Shown piece by piece: positions 31,075 to 44,700 of a stretch of 48,947 nucleotides of DNA. Below the pieces are notes generated by a model. That model was not told the origin of the DNA and made no database searches. It saw only the letters and a program-made list of their open reading frames with translations. This stretch comes from Intoshia linei (lineage: Eukaryota; Animalia; Orthonectida), in contig LWCA01000136.1 of assembly GCA_001642005.1 (NCBI GenBank), forward strand, positions 1 to 48,947, written 5' to 3'. The position numbers were made by a program, and so were the translations under genes. Each line of letters opens with the position of its first letter. The first letter of the stretch is position 1.

Positions 31075-31651
31075 ATTATTTTTTTTAATATAATATACAA
31101 AATATGGACAATTTCGTTACTTTGGATAGGATAATTCTTTTGTTTACTAGTGACAAACCGACACTAATCAATACAAGCACATTAAATCATAATAATTGTT
31201 TCGTTAATAATCATATAATAAAAATCAGGTTATTACTTATTTATTAGTCAACATAGAATTAATTAATTGTTCATTTTAAAACGACAATTCCGTTTGAATT
31301 TTTAGCATTTCAAAAATAAAAATATTTCTGACAATTTTGAAAATTAGCATTTTATCGTAATTTTTATTATGATCATAATCAATCTCACGTTGAATTCTCC
31401 CATGATAAGGAGAATAATTTTCGTAATTAGCTTTTACTAAAAATGCGTGTATTACTAATTTTGAAACATTTCATGATTTGGAAATTTCCATGTTTCGTGT
31501 ATGCGAATCAGATATTTGTGTATACTTATTTTCTCATACCTACGTAAATTTTGATGGAATGCATTACTTAAAGCAATTCCTAAATATACATTGATTAACC
31601 TTCTCTAAGACTAAACATTTATTTTGGTTATAGTATTTTTTGTTCTTATAA

Positions 31652-32130
31652 TCCTAACTTATATAATATGCTACACGCTTTTTGTTTGTGTGTTCCACTT
31701 TATTGAAATAACTACCATTCTTAGAATTTTTTTAAGACGTCATTTCAATTACAGTTTTTTCCGGGACGTTTAATAAGATAAATTCCAACCTCCCAATTTC
31801 ACATTTTACGGGTAAAAAACTCCAGATGTCCATCTTTTTGAAAATTAAACGAGTTGGAGAATTTAAAAAAATATATACGATGATGCGGATTTTAAAATCA
31901 TAAACTTAAATTTAAAAAAATTATATCTTCAGGGCCAAAACCCCAAATTACCCTTCTTGTTTTAATGAAAACAGCCCTAGAATTAAAAAAAATTTACAGG
32001 TCGTACAGTTGTATCCTGTTAACACACAAAAGTTAGAGTTTCAACGTGAATTTATTTTTTAAGTATAATAAAAATGTGCCCTCGGCATAGCTAGGTCCTG
32101 TTTGTACGTAGTACATAACAGTCAACCTAG
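31652..32130 (+). mobile_element. Non-autonomous Helitron with intact termini (479 bp)
   Basis: A|TCCTAACTTATATAATATGC ... CTGTTTGTACGTAGTACATAACAGTCAACCTAG|T. Confidence 0.9.
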
Positions 32131-32751
32131 TTATTATATAAAATATGTAAATCGAACAAAGAAAATACTTTATATAGTTGATTAAAAGTATTTCGAAATA
32201 AAAAGAAACGTAAAAAAGTAATTTTTAGGTGTAGATTGCATTTGTGCACCAAATTACAATGGAAGGTTGAACAATACGTGTTAGTGACGACATTTCTAAT
32301 CAAATAACTGTCTGTTTTAATGCTAAAATGAAAAAAATTGAACGTGCATGATATTCACCAATGTTCAACCAAAGATATTATAACACATTGCTGGCCAAAA
32401 TACTTTAATGGTACATCCAATGTTTCATGTCATGATATTCAAAAGGATGAATGACTTGGACTTGGAAATAAAGAAAATATTCGAATTTTTGTTCTTTATA
32501 ATTCACGAATAACATACATGTATTAATCGAATTTGTTTTATATTTATTTTACAAATGACTGTTTCCATAATAACATAAATGGATTATAAACATGTGCTTG
32601 ACACTTGAATAATCTCACAATATAAGACGCGAGTTAGAATTTTTTTTAATATTTACTTTTTATTTTAACGTTTAAAAAGTCTTTTTGTATAGAATAAGTA
32701 ATTATTTATATTCTGTAAAATATATAAATATTATTGATACAGTTGATACAT

Positions 32752-35700
32752 CTATTCATCATATTGGATATCTTGATTCAATTCTAAAATAATTTTTTTA
32801 ATTTATCGAAAAATATAATGTGGAATGAATTTTAATTACATCAGTATTATTGTATATACATTTGAATTAGTTATATGTACTACATTTATAAGATTACGTG
32901 ATTCTGTAAATATTATATCTTGAGAGAATGTAGATACATGTTGTTTTATTGATGAACCTTCCATTGCTAATCTCACAATTCCGGTAGGACTATCTATTAA
33001 AATACTGCCTCCATCATCATAAATGTATACATCATCAATCTAAATGAGATATTGTAATATTTTTATTTGCCTATGCCAGGGTGCACGACCTGAGACCGTG
33101 AGAGCGTTTATGTGCGGCAGTGGGAAATAAATGTGATCAATGATCATAATAAAATTTTAAATTACTTCAAATTGAAAAGTTTACATCAGATTTTATTCAA
33201 GGGCATTTAAATGTTTTAATCAAAAATTTACATTTTTGACTATGGTCACTTTCTCAAAGTCAAAGTAAATTTTGTGCGGCCGTAGTATCAATGAGTAAAG
33301 TAGCTTTTCGGCTGAATTGTGGAAAGGTTGTGCAACCCTGGTCTAGGCCGATTTGGGATTTGATCCAAGTCAGAAATTTACTAGCTAGTCTAATAATATT
33401 CTTGAATATTTATGTAAAAAAGTATCTATCGATGCCGATGAATTATGCGGACCGGTGGTAGAGAAAGGCTCTTATAAATTACCAAAACTTGAAATAAAAA
33501 ATTGTAAATTTATATATAAGTTTTTAGAAAATATAAAATATTTTACCCATATTATCATCACAAAAAACAATAAATAAATCTATTTTATTTTCATTTTAAT
33601 GGTAATAATTTCAAACCTTAATTGTATTAATTTCTTATATTTATCTTATACGAAAGGAAAAAAATTATGCAATCAGAAAATGACTTCATTCAAGATGAAA
33701 TATGAAAAAATGTATTCTGCTGAATATTTATTAATTAAAATGAAAACTATTAGTCAAAAACTTATATAATTTTGTTATTTTAAGACACCTTAATTCCTTA
33801 ATAAATCTGTTAAAATTTTACCCCACAAAACTCTTAAAAAAGTTTATTTAAATGTAGGACTGTCCAACTTTTTACATACCATGCGCCACATTTTCATCAT
33901 GCGATCTTAAATGCGCCAAAAATTTTTATGATAGTCAGGCTACTAATATAATTTATACGTATAGAACAATAAACTATTTTAATTTTAAAATAATTTTCAT
34001 TTTTTTTATAATACTATGTAGTAGTCCTAAATTAATGAGACTTTTTATGTTTGTTATGATCTTGCCAGTTTTCGAATATTTAAATTTAAATGCGTCATTG
34101 AGAGTATAATAATGTTATTAAGAAATATAATAAATCATTTAATAATTAAGACTTAATTATTAAGTGAATAGATATTATTAAAATGTCGGTAAATCAATGA
34201 TTAGGCTTATCTTGTTAAATTAAAACTAACCAATACAGAATTCAGGGTATTTCTCCAGTACGACGGATTACTGAAAGTAAATGAATCTTACTACAATTTA
34301 AAATTTCATTTTCAATTATCCTACAATTATAATTTTAATTTATCAAAATTGTAAATGCGCTACCTTGAATAAAACAAGGTCCCATAGGTTGGTCACCCCT
34401 GTTTTAAGGAAATCATTCATTTTTGTGAGATTTTAAGGTTAAATCTTTATTTAAACATTTTTATTATATTGTGTTTAAATATATATCTTATGTGTCTCCA
34501 TTTCAGTAACTATACCTCAATTTTCTTTTTAATTTTTACAATATAATTTTCTCAATTCATACTTTCAATTTATTGTTTTCTATCATAATTTTTTTTTATG
34601 TTGTTTCATAGTGTAATAATTTCGCTTTAATGGTCGGTAGTAAGTTTTATAATTTATTACCGGTTCGTCATGAAAAATTGTGGGAATCCCTGATATATTA
34701 AATAATAAAGTAATAAGATATATACTTCATTATCGAGCGTAAATGAAGCAATATGATCAATACTGTGTTTGTCGTCGGAGGTTTTCAAATAATAAAAAGT
34801 ACGTTCATATCCGTCTGAACTCCATATTACCGCATAGATACAATTTTCACCAATGAACTTCTTCATACAATTAAAATTTTTACCAATAGCCTTTGTAGAC
34901 AAAATTGAAACTAAACATTAGTGTGTTCCATAAATGTAAATCTTGCATAGAATGCGTACAACTGTGAAATGTACACATTCCACGACAAGTCGTAGATATA
35001 TATAATCACTAGCTTGGCTGTTTTGTACTACGTACAAATAGCACCTAGCTCTGCCGAGGGCACTCTTTTATTATACCAAAAAAATAAATTCACGTTGAAA
35101 ATCTAACTTAAAAATCCACTATTCACTATTATCCATAAACAAGTGGTTCCCAAACTTGTTTCAGGTGGAACCATCATATGACATTACTATTGAAAATCTA
35201 ACTTAAAAATCCTACTATTCACTATTATCAATTCTTTAAAGGAAAAAATAAATTCACGTTGAAAATCTAATTTAAAAATCCTACTATTCACTATTATCAA
35301 TCCTTTAAAGGAGTGGTTCCCAAATTTGTTTCAGGACAGACACACAAACAAAAATCACGTCGCATTTTATGTAAGTTAGGATAAATTTAATAGAAGGTGC
35401 AAAAATATGAAATGTATATATTCTGTGACTTTATCGTAAAATATATTATAAAATTATAAAAATTTACCAGAATTTTCTTTTTCATAATAAAGCAATAAAA
35501 TGTAATAATCAATGTCATTAGAAGTCATTAATGTTACGTCATACGACGGATAAATCATGGCATGTTCTAATTATAAAATTAACCTGACAGTAATAACATA
35601 ATATTAACATTACCTGGATTCAAGTCAATGTTGATAAATTTAGAGCCGACTGAATGATCACAGAGAAGCAAATAGCATGTGTCTTGATAAACTAATTCAA

Positions 35701-38700
35701 CAGTCATTGATGTTTTATTCAAATATTTAAATGCGGAAATTTTCTTAATTTGTTGCAAGGTAGATGGGTTCAATATATAAACATTATAAGTCTCAGCCGA
35801 TAGCACGAATAAAACATTTTCATGTTTGTCTTTCTAAATTTAAGCTACATTGTACAATTTACATATAAATGTTGTAAATGTTAAAATTTATATTAACATA
35901 ATTAAAATTTTACCTCAATTTGATGAATTTTATCATCATATTGACCAATATCAAATTCTCCTATAATTTGCATTTCAGGTGATATAAATGATATAATAGA
36001 TTTAGTTTTTTGATAGGCGATACCTATTATATACTCTTATTATATAAATAAAAAATTCTTAATTTTATAAAAGTCAATCTAGTTTGTTTTGTTTGTAACC
36101 ATTTATTGAAAATGTTAAGATGTCTACAATTTAATAAAACAAAAATTTTAGAACATTTTCTCAGTGAGTTTTATCATAAATTTTGATCATGACCAAAAGT
36201 GTAAAGTATCACATTATCATCCATTCTTTTTACAAATTATAAAATAAAATAGGTTTTTGACAATGAAAATACCAATTTTTTAAGTTTGAGGTTTATCACA
36301 CTTTCTATGTCTGAAAAACATGACTGATTTTTTTTTAATTGATACAACTGATTTTTATTAAACACATTTTTAGCAACGTTTATATTATAATATCCCTTAT
36401 CCTTAGTAAAGTAATAATCCCCAATAAGTAGATATTTAAGTAAGTAAGTATATTTATGTGAGTAATTTATAAATATATTTAATTAAAAACGTTAGTAAGT
36501 TTAGTAAGTTAGTTTCAACTGAATCATTCATGCCATCAACTTAGTCAACTCATTTAAGCTAAAATATGTATATGGCTGCAAACAAGAGGCAAAGACAGCT
36601 ACTGTGTGTTTGCAGTAGTTTGCATTAGTATCACAATAAATAAACATAAATTACAATTAAAAGATGAAAAAGGTATAAATTTAGAATTGTATATATATTC
36701 CATGTTTCTGAGAGAATTTTTGACTTTCACCTCAATAGAATCTACAGCAACAATACATTTTTTGGTACAACTTGTCATAATAATAAGCGTCTCACCAAAT
36801 GTACATTTTGTAGTGAAAGAATATTCTGGTGATATAAATATTCTACGTACGGCAGTAAGTTTAGATAAATCCCAAATTGTGCAGCAAATATCAACATTTA
36901 AATCATTCGTAACAATATTTTGAGTTGTGATGAGATACCTCGAAGCAAATTCATTTGAATTATTAAATTTAATAAACATATAACTGGTTCCTTCGTAATT
37001 AGTCCCATCAGATCGAATCCAATACTTGACCATGTTAGAATTTGTAAAAAATTTCTTAATGTCTGGCATAGCTCCATCATCATTAGCAATATCCGGACAA
37101 ATTTGAACCATTAGATTTTGTAAAAAATCAACAGATATACCTGGAGGTAAAGTGTATTTTCCTGTGAAAGCAGACATGTCTGGACTAAATGTATCTAATG
37201 ACCTATCCCATAAGCGTATAATGTTATCTTCAGATAAAGTTAAAATTAAATTTTCACCTATTGCTACAATTTTGCGAATTTGACATGGATGCGGTAAAAT
37301 GGGTTCCCTTGATTCATCTTTCAAATCTATAAAACCAACAGTTTTATAATTTTCATAATAAATTGCTGGCAAATCTTCCAACGTTTCAATCAACTCTATT
37401 GAATCATCTGAACAACCTTTGAATGTTTTCAGATCTGATCCATTTTTAATAGATCTAATTGATATATTATTGTTCATTCCATTACAAAACACTATCGACT
37501 CTTCACCATTTATCCACCTGCCACCTATACTCAACGATGTTACATGTGATTGTTTTGGTCCTTCAGATATATCAATTTTCCACATTTCTGACAATGATTT
37601 TATATCAATACATATTACATATGGATAGGTTTTCGCAGCAATGAATGCATTTGTTCCATGCGCTTTTAATAAACAATTTCCAATGTGCTGTTCAGGCCAA
37701 TTCAAAACCATCCCACTTGGTTTAGATTTCAGTAATAGTCCAGATTTTATGTCGTACAAATCAATCCGGTCGTGATAAAATCCAACAAGATAGTTTGGAT
37801 AATCTTGACCTATTCCAATAACATAAGCTGAAAAACTAAAAATTTGTATTCATTATATATTATGTGAATTTTAAATAGTATTAATAAAGTATCATTACGC
37901 CAAAATAGATGTTGTCATTTCTCTTACAATTGTTCCGTAATGGTAATTTACAACCATTATTTTATTTCCTTCCATTGATATTATGGCTGTTTCGTTATTA
38001 TCTGGATTCAAACAAATATATTTGATAGGGTAACTAGATTCAAAACTAAGGAGTAATTCTCCAGTTTCTAAATCCCATGATTTTAATGAAGCATCGTTAG
38101 AAACTAAAATAAATCAAATTAAAAAATGTATTTAATGATTGACTTGTAAAAAATATAGATACTTAAGCCCTGCAAACGTAGTATGCCTACAATTTTTATA
38201 ATGGTACTAATTGTATATTGTTGCTGTTTATGTGTAGTGCCTCAGAAATCCGATCTGAAGCACGAAGTTCTGGTTTTGCCAACTCGTGCTTAGGTCCGAT
38301 AATTTTAGTTCGAACCGTATTATATAATGACTAAGGTATAACTCTAATGTTTAATGGTTAATAAATGGAAAACAGAAGATATTGGTCATGATTTACACAT
38401 TATAATCAGGTAAAACGTTGATGAAACATTAAGTGTGGATTAGAAAATTTTTAATCCTTTAGAGTTACAATACAATACACCAAGATTATACAAAGTTTGA
38501 AATGTCGAATATTTAAAATTTCTTTACATTCATCTTATGGAAATTGTACAAATGAAACATGATGTGAGTATATAAAGTGTAATTATATGGATACTTTGTA
38601 TGAAGATCACTGCATATTAAATTAAAATAAATAGAATATCTACAACACATCTTTATACTGAGAAGTAAATGTAAATTAAAATTTTTCTTGATGTAAAACT

Positions 38701-41700
38701 AAAATAAAATAAATGTAATTGAAATTAAATTAGAACATTATTCATTTAAAAATTTAGTTACTAAATTACTAAATTTACAGAAATGCATAGTTACAATCAT
38801 AAAAATAGATATGTAATGAAATTGAAAATTTAACTTAGAAAAATGCAAGAATAACACATAATATATTTTTAATTTTACAATTAAGTTAATTAAAATGTAT
38901 CTTTTATTATAAAATTAGGTATTAATGAAATCTTTTTCTATAATATTTTAGCATTCTTTTATTTTTTGAGATAAGTGTGGTTTTTTTAGTAAAGATTGTT
39001 TAAGAATAAATAATTTTTTATCGATTTAAACAATCTTTTATGTCAAAGGTATCAGTAAAATCACTATTTGACTGATATGATTCAATAGTTTTATTAATGA
39101 TATCTTCTTCACTTAATTGATTGTTTCTTGTGGTTAAATTTTCATCAGAGCGAGAATATTCGTCAAAATCAATGTTCATTTCATAAAAACTTGAAAGTTG
39201 TTCTATTCTGTAATATCAGGTAAAACAATTTCATTGTTCAAATTATTGTTTTCTAATGAAAAAATCTTTGTTTTACTGAAACAATTTTTGATTGTTTCAG
39301 TTTTCACCCTTTGCCAAGTCTATTTAACTTAATTTAACTTAGCGGGACCAGTGTTGTCAGATGTTGCGTTTTTTACGCATTGCTATAGCAAAAAGAGAAG
39401 AATTCTCATCTCTCTCATTGTAAAAAACTCATGTTTCTCATTTGCAAATATGAGAAATGCATTAGTAATAAAACTAGACAATTGAAATTTAATTGAAAAT
39501 GTTCACGAATTATCATGTAATGCAAACATGACTTCACACAGATTAAAATTTATACATTTTATTATTATTTGTACTTAATACTAATAATTAAACTGTAGTA
39601 ATAGTTATTTACATGTCTAGTGCAGAATTTTCACTTTCCAACTTCGAGTTATGTAAAGACATTGAAAATTCGAAGCGGACATGTAAATTTTTTTATATAT
39701 TAGTGTATTAATTTGATGTTATTTCACTTTAATTTTGAGAAATGACAAAATGATAGGGTATTTTGTAAAATATGTAACAGGTTGTACAAGATACATAAGT
39801 ACGATTTGGCAAGACACGTACGAAGCAATTTTCTCAGGTCTAGGGAAACAAATTTTAATGACCAATCTTTTTCAACTTTTAGTGGGTCTGACGTTAATAA
39901 TCGTAATTTAGAAATAAAATTGTGTGTTTATGTAGCTTGTCACACATCTTTAATGTCAATTGATAGTTTGGTTGGCCTCATAAAAAATGGTAATTTAACT
40001 TCATCACCGCTGAGACTGGGAAAAACTAAATGTTCCAGAATAATAACTAAAGCTATATCTCTTTATTTTTTAAAATTAACTTTAAGTGAAGTACGTAATC
40101 AACTTTTTTCCCTTATTTTAGATGAGTCCACAGATGTGAGAAACATTTATGCATTGTCATAAGATATTTTTCAAACATGTTAAATAAAATTGTAAATAAA
40201 TTTTTAACCCTAATTAAGGTAGGTAAGACAGATTCAGAAACTTTATATATTACCATAAAAGCTTTTTTTGAATCAATAAATATTAACATTTCTAACTGTT
40301 TTGCAATAGGCACTGATGGCGCGTCAAACCTATGTGGAATTAGAAATTCTTTATATACAAAATTAAGACAGGATAATCCAAGCCTCATACTTGTTAAATG
40401 TATATGTCATTCATTACATTTAGCTTGTAGTTACGCATTCGCCGTCTCTTCGCGCGAATTATTTAAAAAAATATAACCAAAAGAATTATCATATATATTT
40501 CTATTGATTCTGAAGATCCCACGAATTCGAAAAGTTTCGATCAGATGGATATTGGTTATTTGCCTAGACAATTTTTAGGGCCCATATTGAAATCAACACT
40601 AATGTACTGGTGACAATGAGATCCTTTTTACTAGGGTGTGTTCTTGAACTAAAAAAACGTGTATCTTTAAATATTGTGTTTTTAAATAAAGCAAAGGAAA
40701 TATCTCCCTTACATACATTAAGTGATACTTTTAATTTTGCTTCTTTACCGATAGAATTAATTGATCATTCTTCAATTGATGAAATCGAGGAAGAATGCCG
40801 CATAAATAAGAAATATAAATTGGGACCCTACTTTTTTAAATGACACTGAATTTTTTTGGAAGCATGTTGGTGTATATAAAAATGCTGTTGGTAATAGACC
40901 ATTTTTGACTGTGTCTCAATTTGCATTAAAAGTATGTTGCCTTCCTATCAGCAATGCAACAGTAGAAAAAATATTTTCTAAGGTAACCCATATTAAGTTA
41001 CCCAAGCGTAATAAATTAAGTCTAGATATGCTAAGTTCATTAATTCGGATAAAAACCATTTTGAAGTATCATCAATATTGTGTGAAAACTTCGAACCACC
41101 TCTTGAAATGGTCTCTTATGATTCTTTTATTTATGAAGATGAGGATATAAACATGAATACTGAAGCAATTGTTGAAACATACTTTTCAAGTGAATCGAAT
41201 TAGTAAATATTTATTAAACTTGTATCTGATTATGTTAGTTTACTTTTGTCAAGTAGGATATTTCTTATTAACGCTGCCAGCTCTATTCTTTTTTATTAGT
41301 ATTATTATTATACATTTCTAAAAAGCGTGATTGCTTGTAATAAGCGCGATTTTGACTTAGCGCGATAGCACTGTATAACGTGGTTTACGGTAACGACACA
41401 AAATTCGAATTTGACAGGTTCGTCTCTGGACATGATAATATATTCAAAGCCGTCATATTGCGTTTATTTTAATTAAGTAATATTTCATTAACATATTTTA
41501 TATCACAGTGTTACACATTATTATCATATTGAAAGTGAAATGGTAGATATTGTTTTATACTCAGACAACGGATATATAACTGACAGGGTAATAAATTTTA
41601 TATTGTATAACCTGTTAATGCAACTTTTCGATCTTTAGTAACAATCATATCATTCACCAATAATTTGTGTCCACTAATTTTATAAACAAGTCTCCCTCCG

Positions 41701-44700
41701 GGTGGTGTTAAAAATCCACGATGTGGCAATAAAACAGATTCTTTAGATGAATGAATGTCTTCTAACAATTTATCTCGAATCTATATAACATTTAATATTA
41801 ATAAACTAATCTATAATTTGTTAATGACAAATCTAAGGTATTAAATCATTTTGATAGTGATCTATTAATAATAATAATTAATTAATAATAACCACATTAA
41901 ATTGTAAATTATATTATATGGTTAAAGAACAAATTAATTTTTTTTCTAGAAATAATATATATAAATAAATAGTATGAAACAGTTTAATTGACAACTCAAA
42001 TGAATTACATGAGTATTCCGAAGTGTATTATAACCGCAATATAATGACACTTAATAAATTCAGAAATGGTTTTGTGATATTAGTTCTCTAATCAAAAATA
42101 ACAATGTAGGGCAATATAAAAACGTATTTTATATAGATTACAATTATAGTGGCTTGTAGATAAACCCGAGGAGAATTAATATGCTCGGGTAAATGAAAAT
42201 TAACAACAATAAAAAAACAAGATATTGTGTACATAATCGGGTTATTTGAACTTTTAAACATTTTGGTATTATAAATAGAAAAATTAAGATTAGTATAAAT
42301 TTAACAAAATTAAGAAATTTTATAGTATTACTATTATTACTTATTATTTTAAAATACATAAAGTAGGTATGTCACATACCTCTTTACCTTTTCACGACCC
42401 TACGTTTAGACAATATCAAGAGCTAACCGGCAGATCCAATAATTTCATCATCATTAAAGATAATCAAAGAATAAAAAAGACAGGAAGGGATGAGGACCCA
42501 CTTATGTTTATATGAATTATTGTATATTCATTTTGATATAATTTTGAATTTTTAAACCCGCATCTTACAATTACATTCTTATTTTAGAAATTTTCCATAC
42601 CCCAAATTTGCTTTTTGTTTTGGTGACCAATGTATTCAGCATTTTGTTTAAAGGAGAATCATCATCATCATTATTATCAGACATGGTATTTTCTGCATCT
42701 TTAATTAAAGAATGCCGTGAGCTCAAATATCCACTAGATTCAATACGACCAATCAATTGGCCAGCCAACTGATTAGGATAAACAATAAGAGCATCTTGTG
42801 ACAGTAAAAGAGTTTCCATAATAATTTGTAAATCCTTATCTTTAGGCCACTTTTTTCTAGCCATTCTGAGATCTGACAGAATGTACCTAAAATAGATATA
42901 TAAAAAATTGAACACATCGACACTTGATAGATTTAAAATCAAAAAACATACGGCAAAGATTTAGCTTTCAATTTAGTCAACAAAAATTGATAATTACATA
43001 GAGCATCTAATTTCAGATTATTTATATTATTTGATAAAATTAAGTGATAAGGTAATTGCATTATTTTTCGAACATTAAAATCTCCATTATCATAAACATA
43101 AGGTTGTTTATCTACATACCGCAAAGCACTAAGTTTCTCTCCCTTTTTACTTTGATATGGCTTTGGCGTTTCAGCCCAAGTTCCATTAAAATATTCAGCC
43201 AACAATTGATGCGAATATACTATCAAAGTATCATTGCCCAAATACCTCTTTGTAGCAGTCTCAATAAATTGCCGATGATACCAATAAATAATTTCGATTC
43301 CATCCATACCACGATTGACGAGGTATTCTTCCATGTCCGTTTTTAACCTTACCCATAACAATGGTGGTAGTCGACGCATTGGTGGCGTCCAAAATTGATA
43401 TACATCATTCAAAACATGATCAGAAAGAGATAGTAAATCTTCAATTTCCAATTCACTTAAACCACCATCTGATGCACAAATATACCCTAAAGCATGTCGA
43501 ACCAGCATGTACCCATGCTTTTTTTCCAATTTACAGAAAAAATTCACAATCATGTCTGTAATATTAATTTGCAGTTGAGTTTGAGAGGGAGGATCGAATG
43601 AATGCCAACCTAAAGTTTCGTCATAACTTAATTTTAAAAACAATGGCAAAGGGCAATATTTTTGAAACGCTAATAGTAAGGCTGCGTGTTGTAATTCTGT
43701 CAATCGTCGAGAATCCAATTTTAACCATTTAAGTACAATCATTTCAGAATCTTTTTTTGTTATTTGTGTTAATTTTAATATGTTGGGGTTTTTGGGGTAT
43801 AATATCTATTTAATAATTTTAAATATAATTTTTCATTTAATACTAATAATCTGTCGAAGCATTGGTATATTGAATCTCCGATTGTCGATAATACTAATCG
43901 AGTTGTAATTGGAATGTTTTTGGGTAGCCAGTGTAATTGTCTACCTCCATCTACAGCATCCAATTGATCCAGTGAATCAAGAAATATTATCAATATTTTT
44001 CCGCTGTTTTGCGAAAATCGTATAGATTGATCAAACAACTCTACGATATATTTCAATTCCTAAATTTTAATTTTAATCATTATGTGACTTTTAGAAAGTA
44101 CTGCATTTATTGTTTAAAGTAATTTACAGAATTGTGAACGATATATGTAAATTTAAAAAAAAACGAGTCCCTTTTTGGATTTTTTGGATGTAAGGGGATA
44201 TTTTTATAGCAAGTTTGGGATCCACTGATTTAACAGTGACAGTAATAAATATATTATTTTTTAATTAACATCCTTACTTATATAATATGCTATGCAATAT
44301 TTTTTTGTTTGTGTGTTACCATTTATTTCAATAACTACCAGTCTTAGAATTTTAAGTCCACATTTCAATTATAGTTTTTTTCCGAAATGTTAGCAAAATA
44401 AATTTCAACCTACCAAACTCACATCTTACGGGTCAAAAACCCCAATTATCCTTTTTTTGAAAATCAAACTAGTTCGAGAATTTAAAAAAATATTCACTCT
44501 AATACGGATTTTAAATCATAAATATTATCATTAATTTAAATTTAAAAAAAATATATCTTCAGGGTCAAAACCACAAATCTTTTTTTAATTTTTATGAAAA
44601 CAGCCCTAAAATTTAAAAAAATTTATAGATCGTACACTTGTATCCTGTTAACACACAAAAAATTCAAATCTGAATAAGTAACGCCTTCACGGTTAAAAAA

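Noticed and set aside
33854-34400. Additional hAT MITE (TAGGACTGTCCAACTT / AGGTTGGTCACCCCTG)
   Set aside because: TIRs are too degenerate and there is no clear TSD; plausible but unsupported.
42380-42560. Extra NWD exon
   Set aside because: Every frame from the nearby acceptor hits a stop, and exon 42886-42601 splices in phase directly to 41780.
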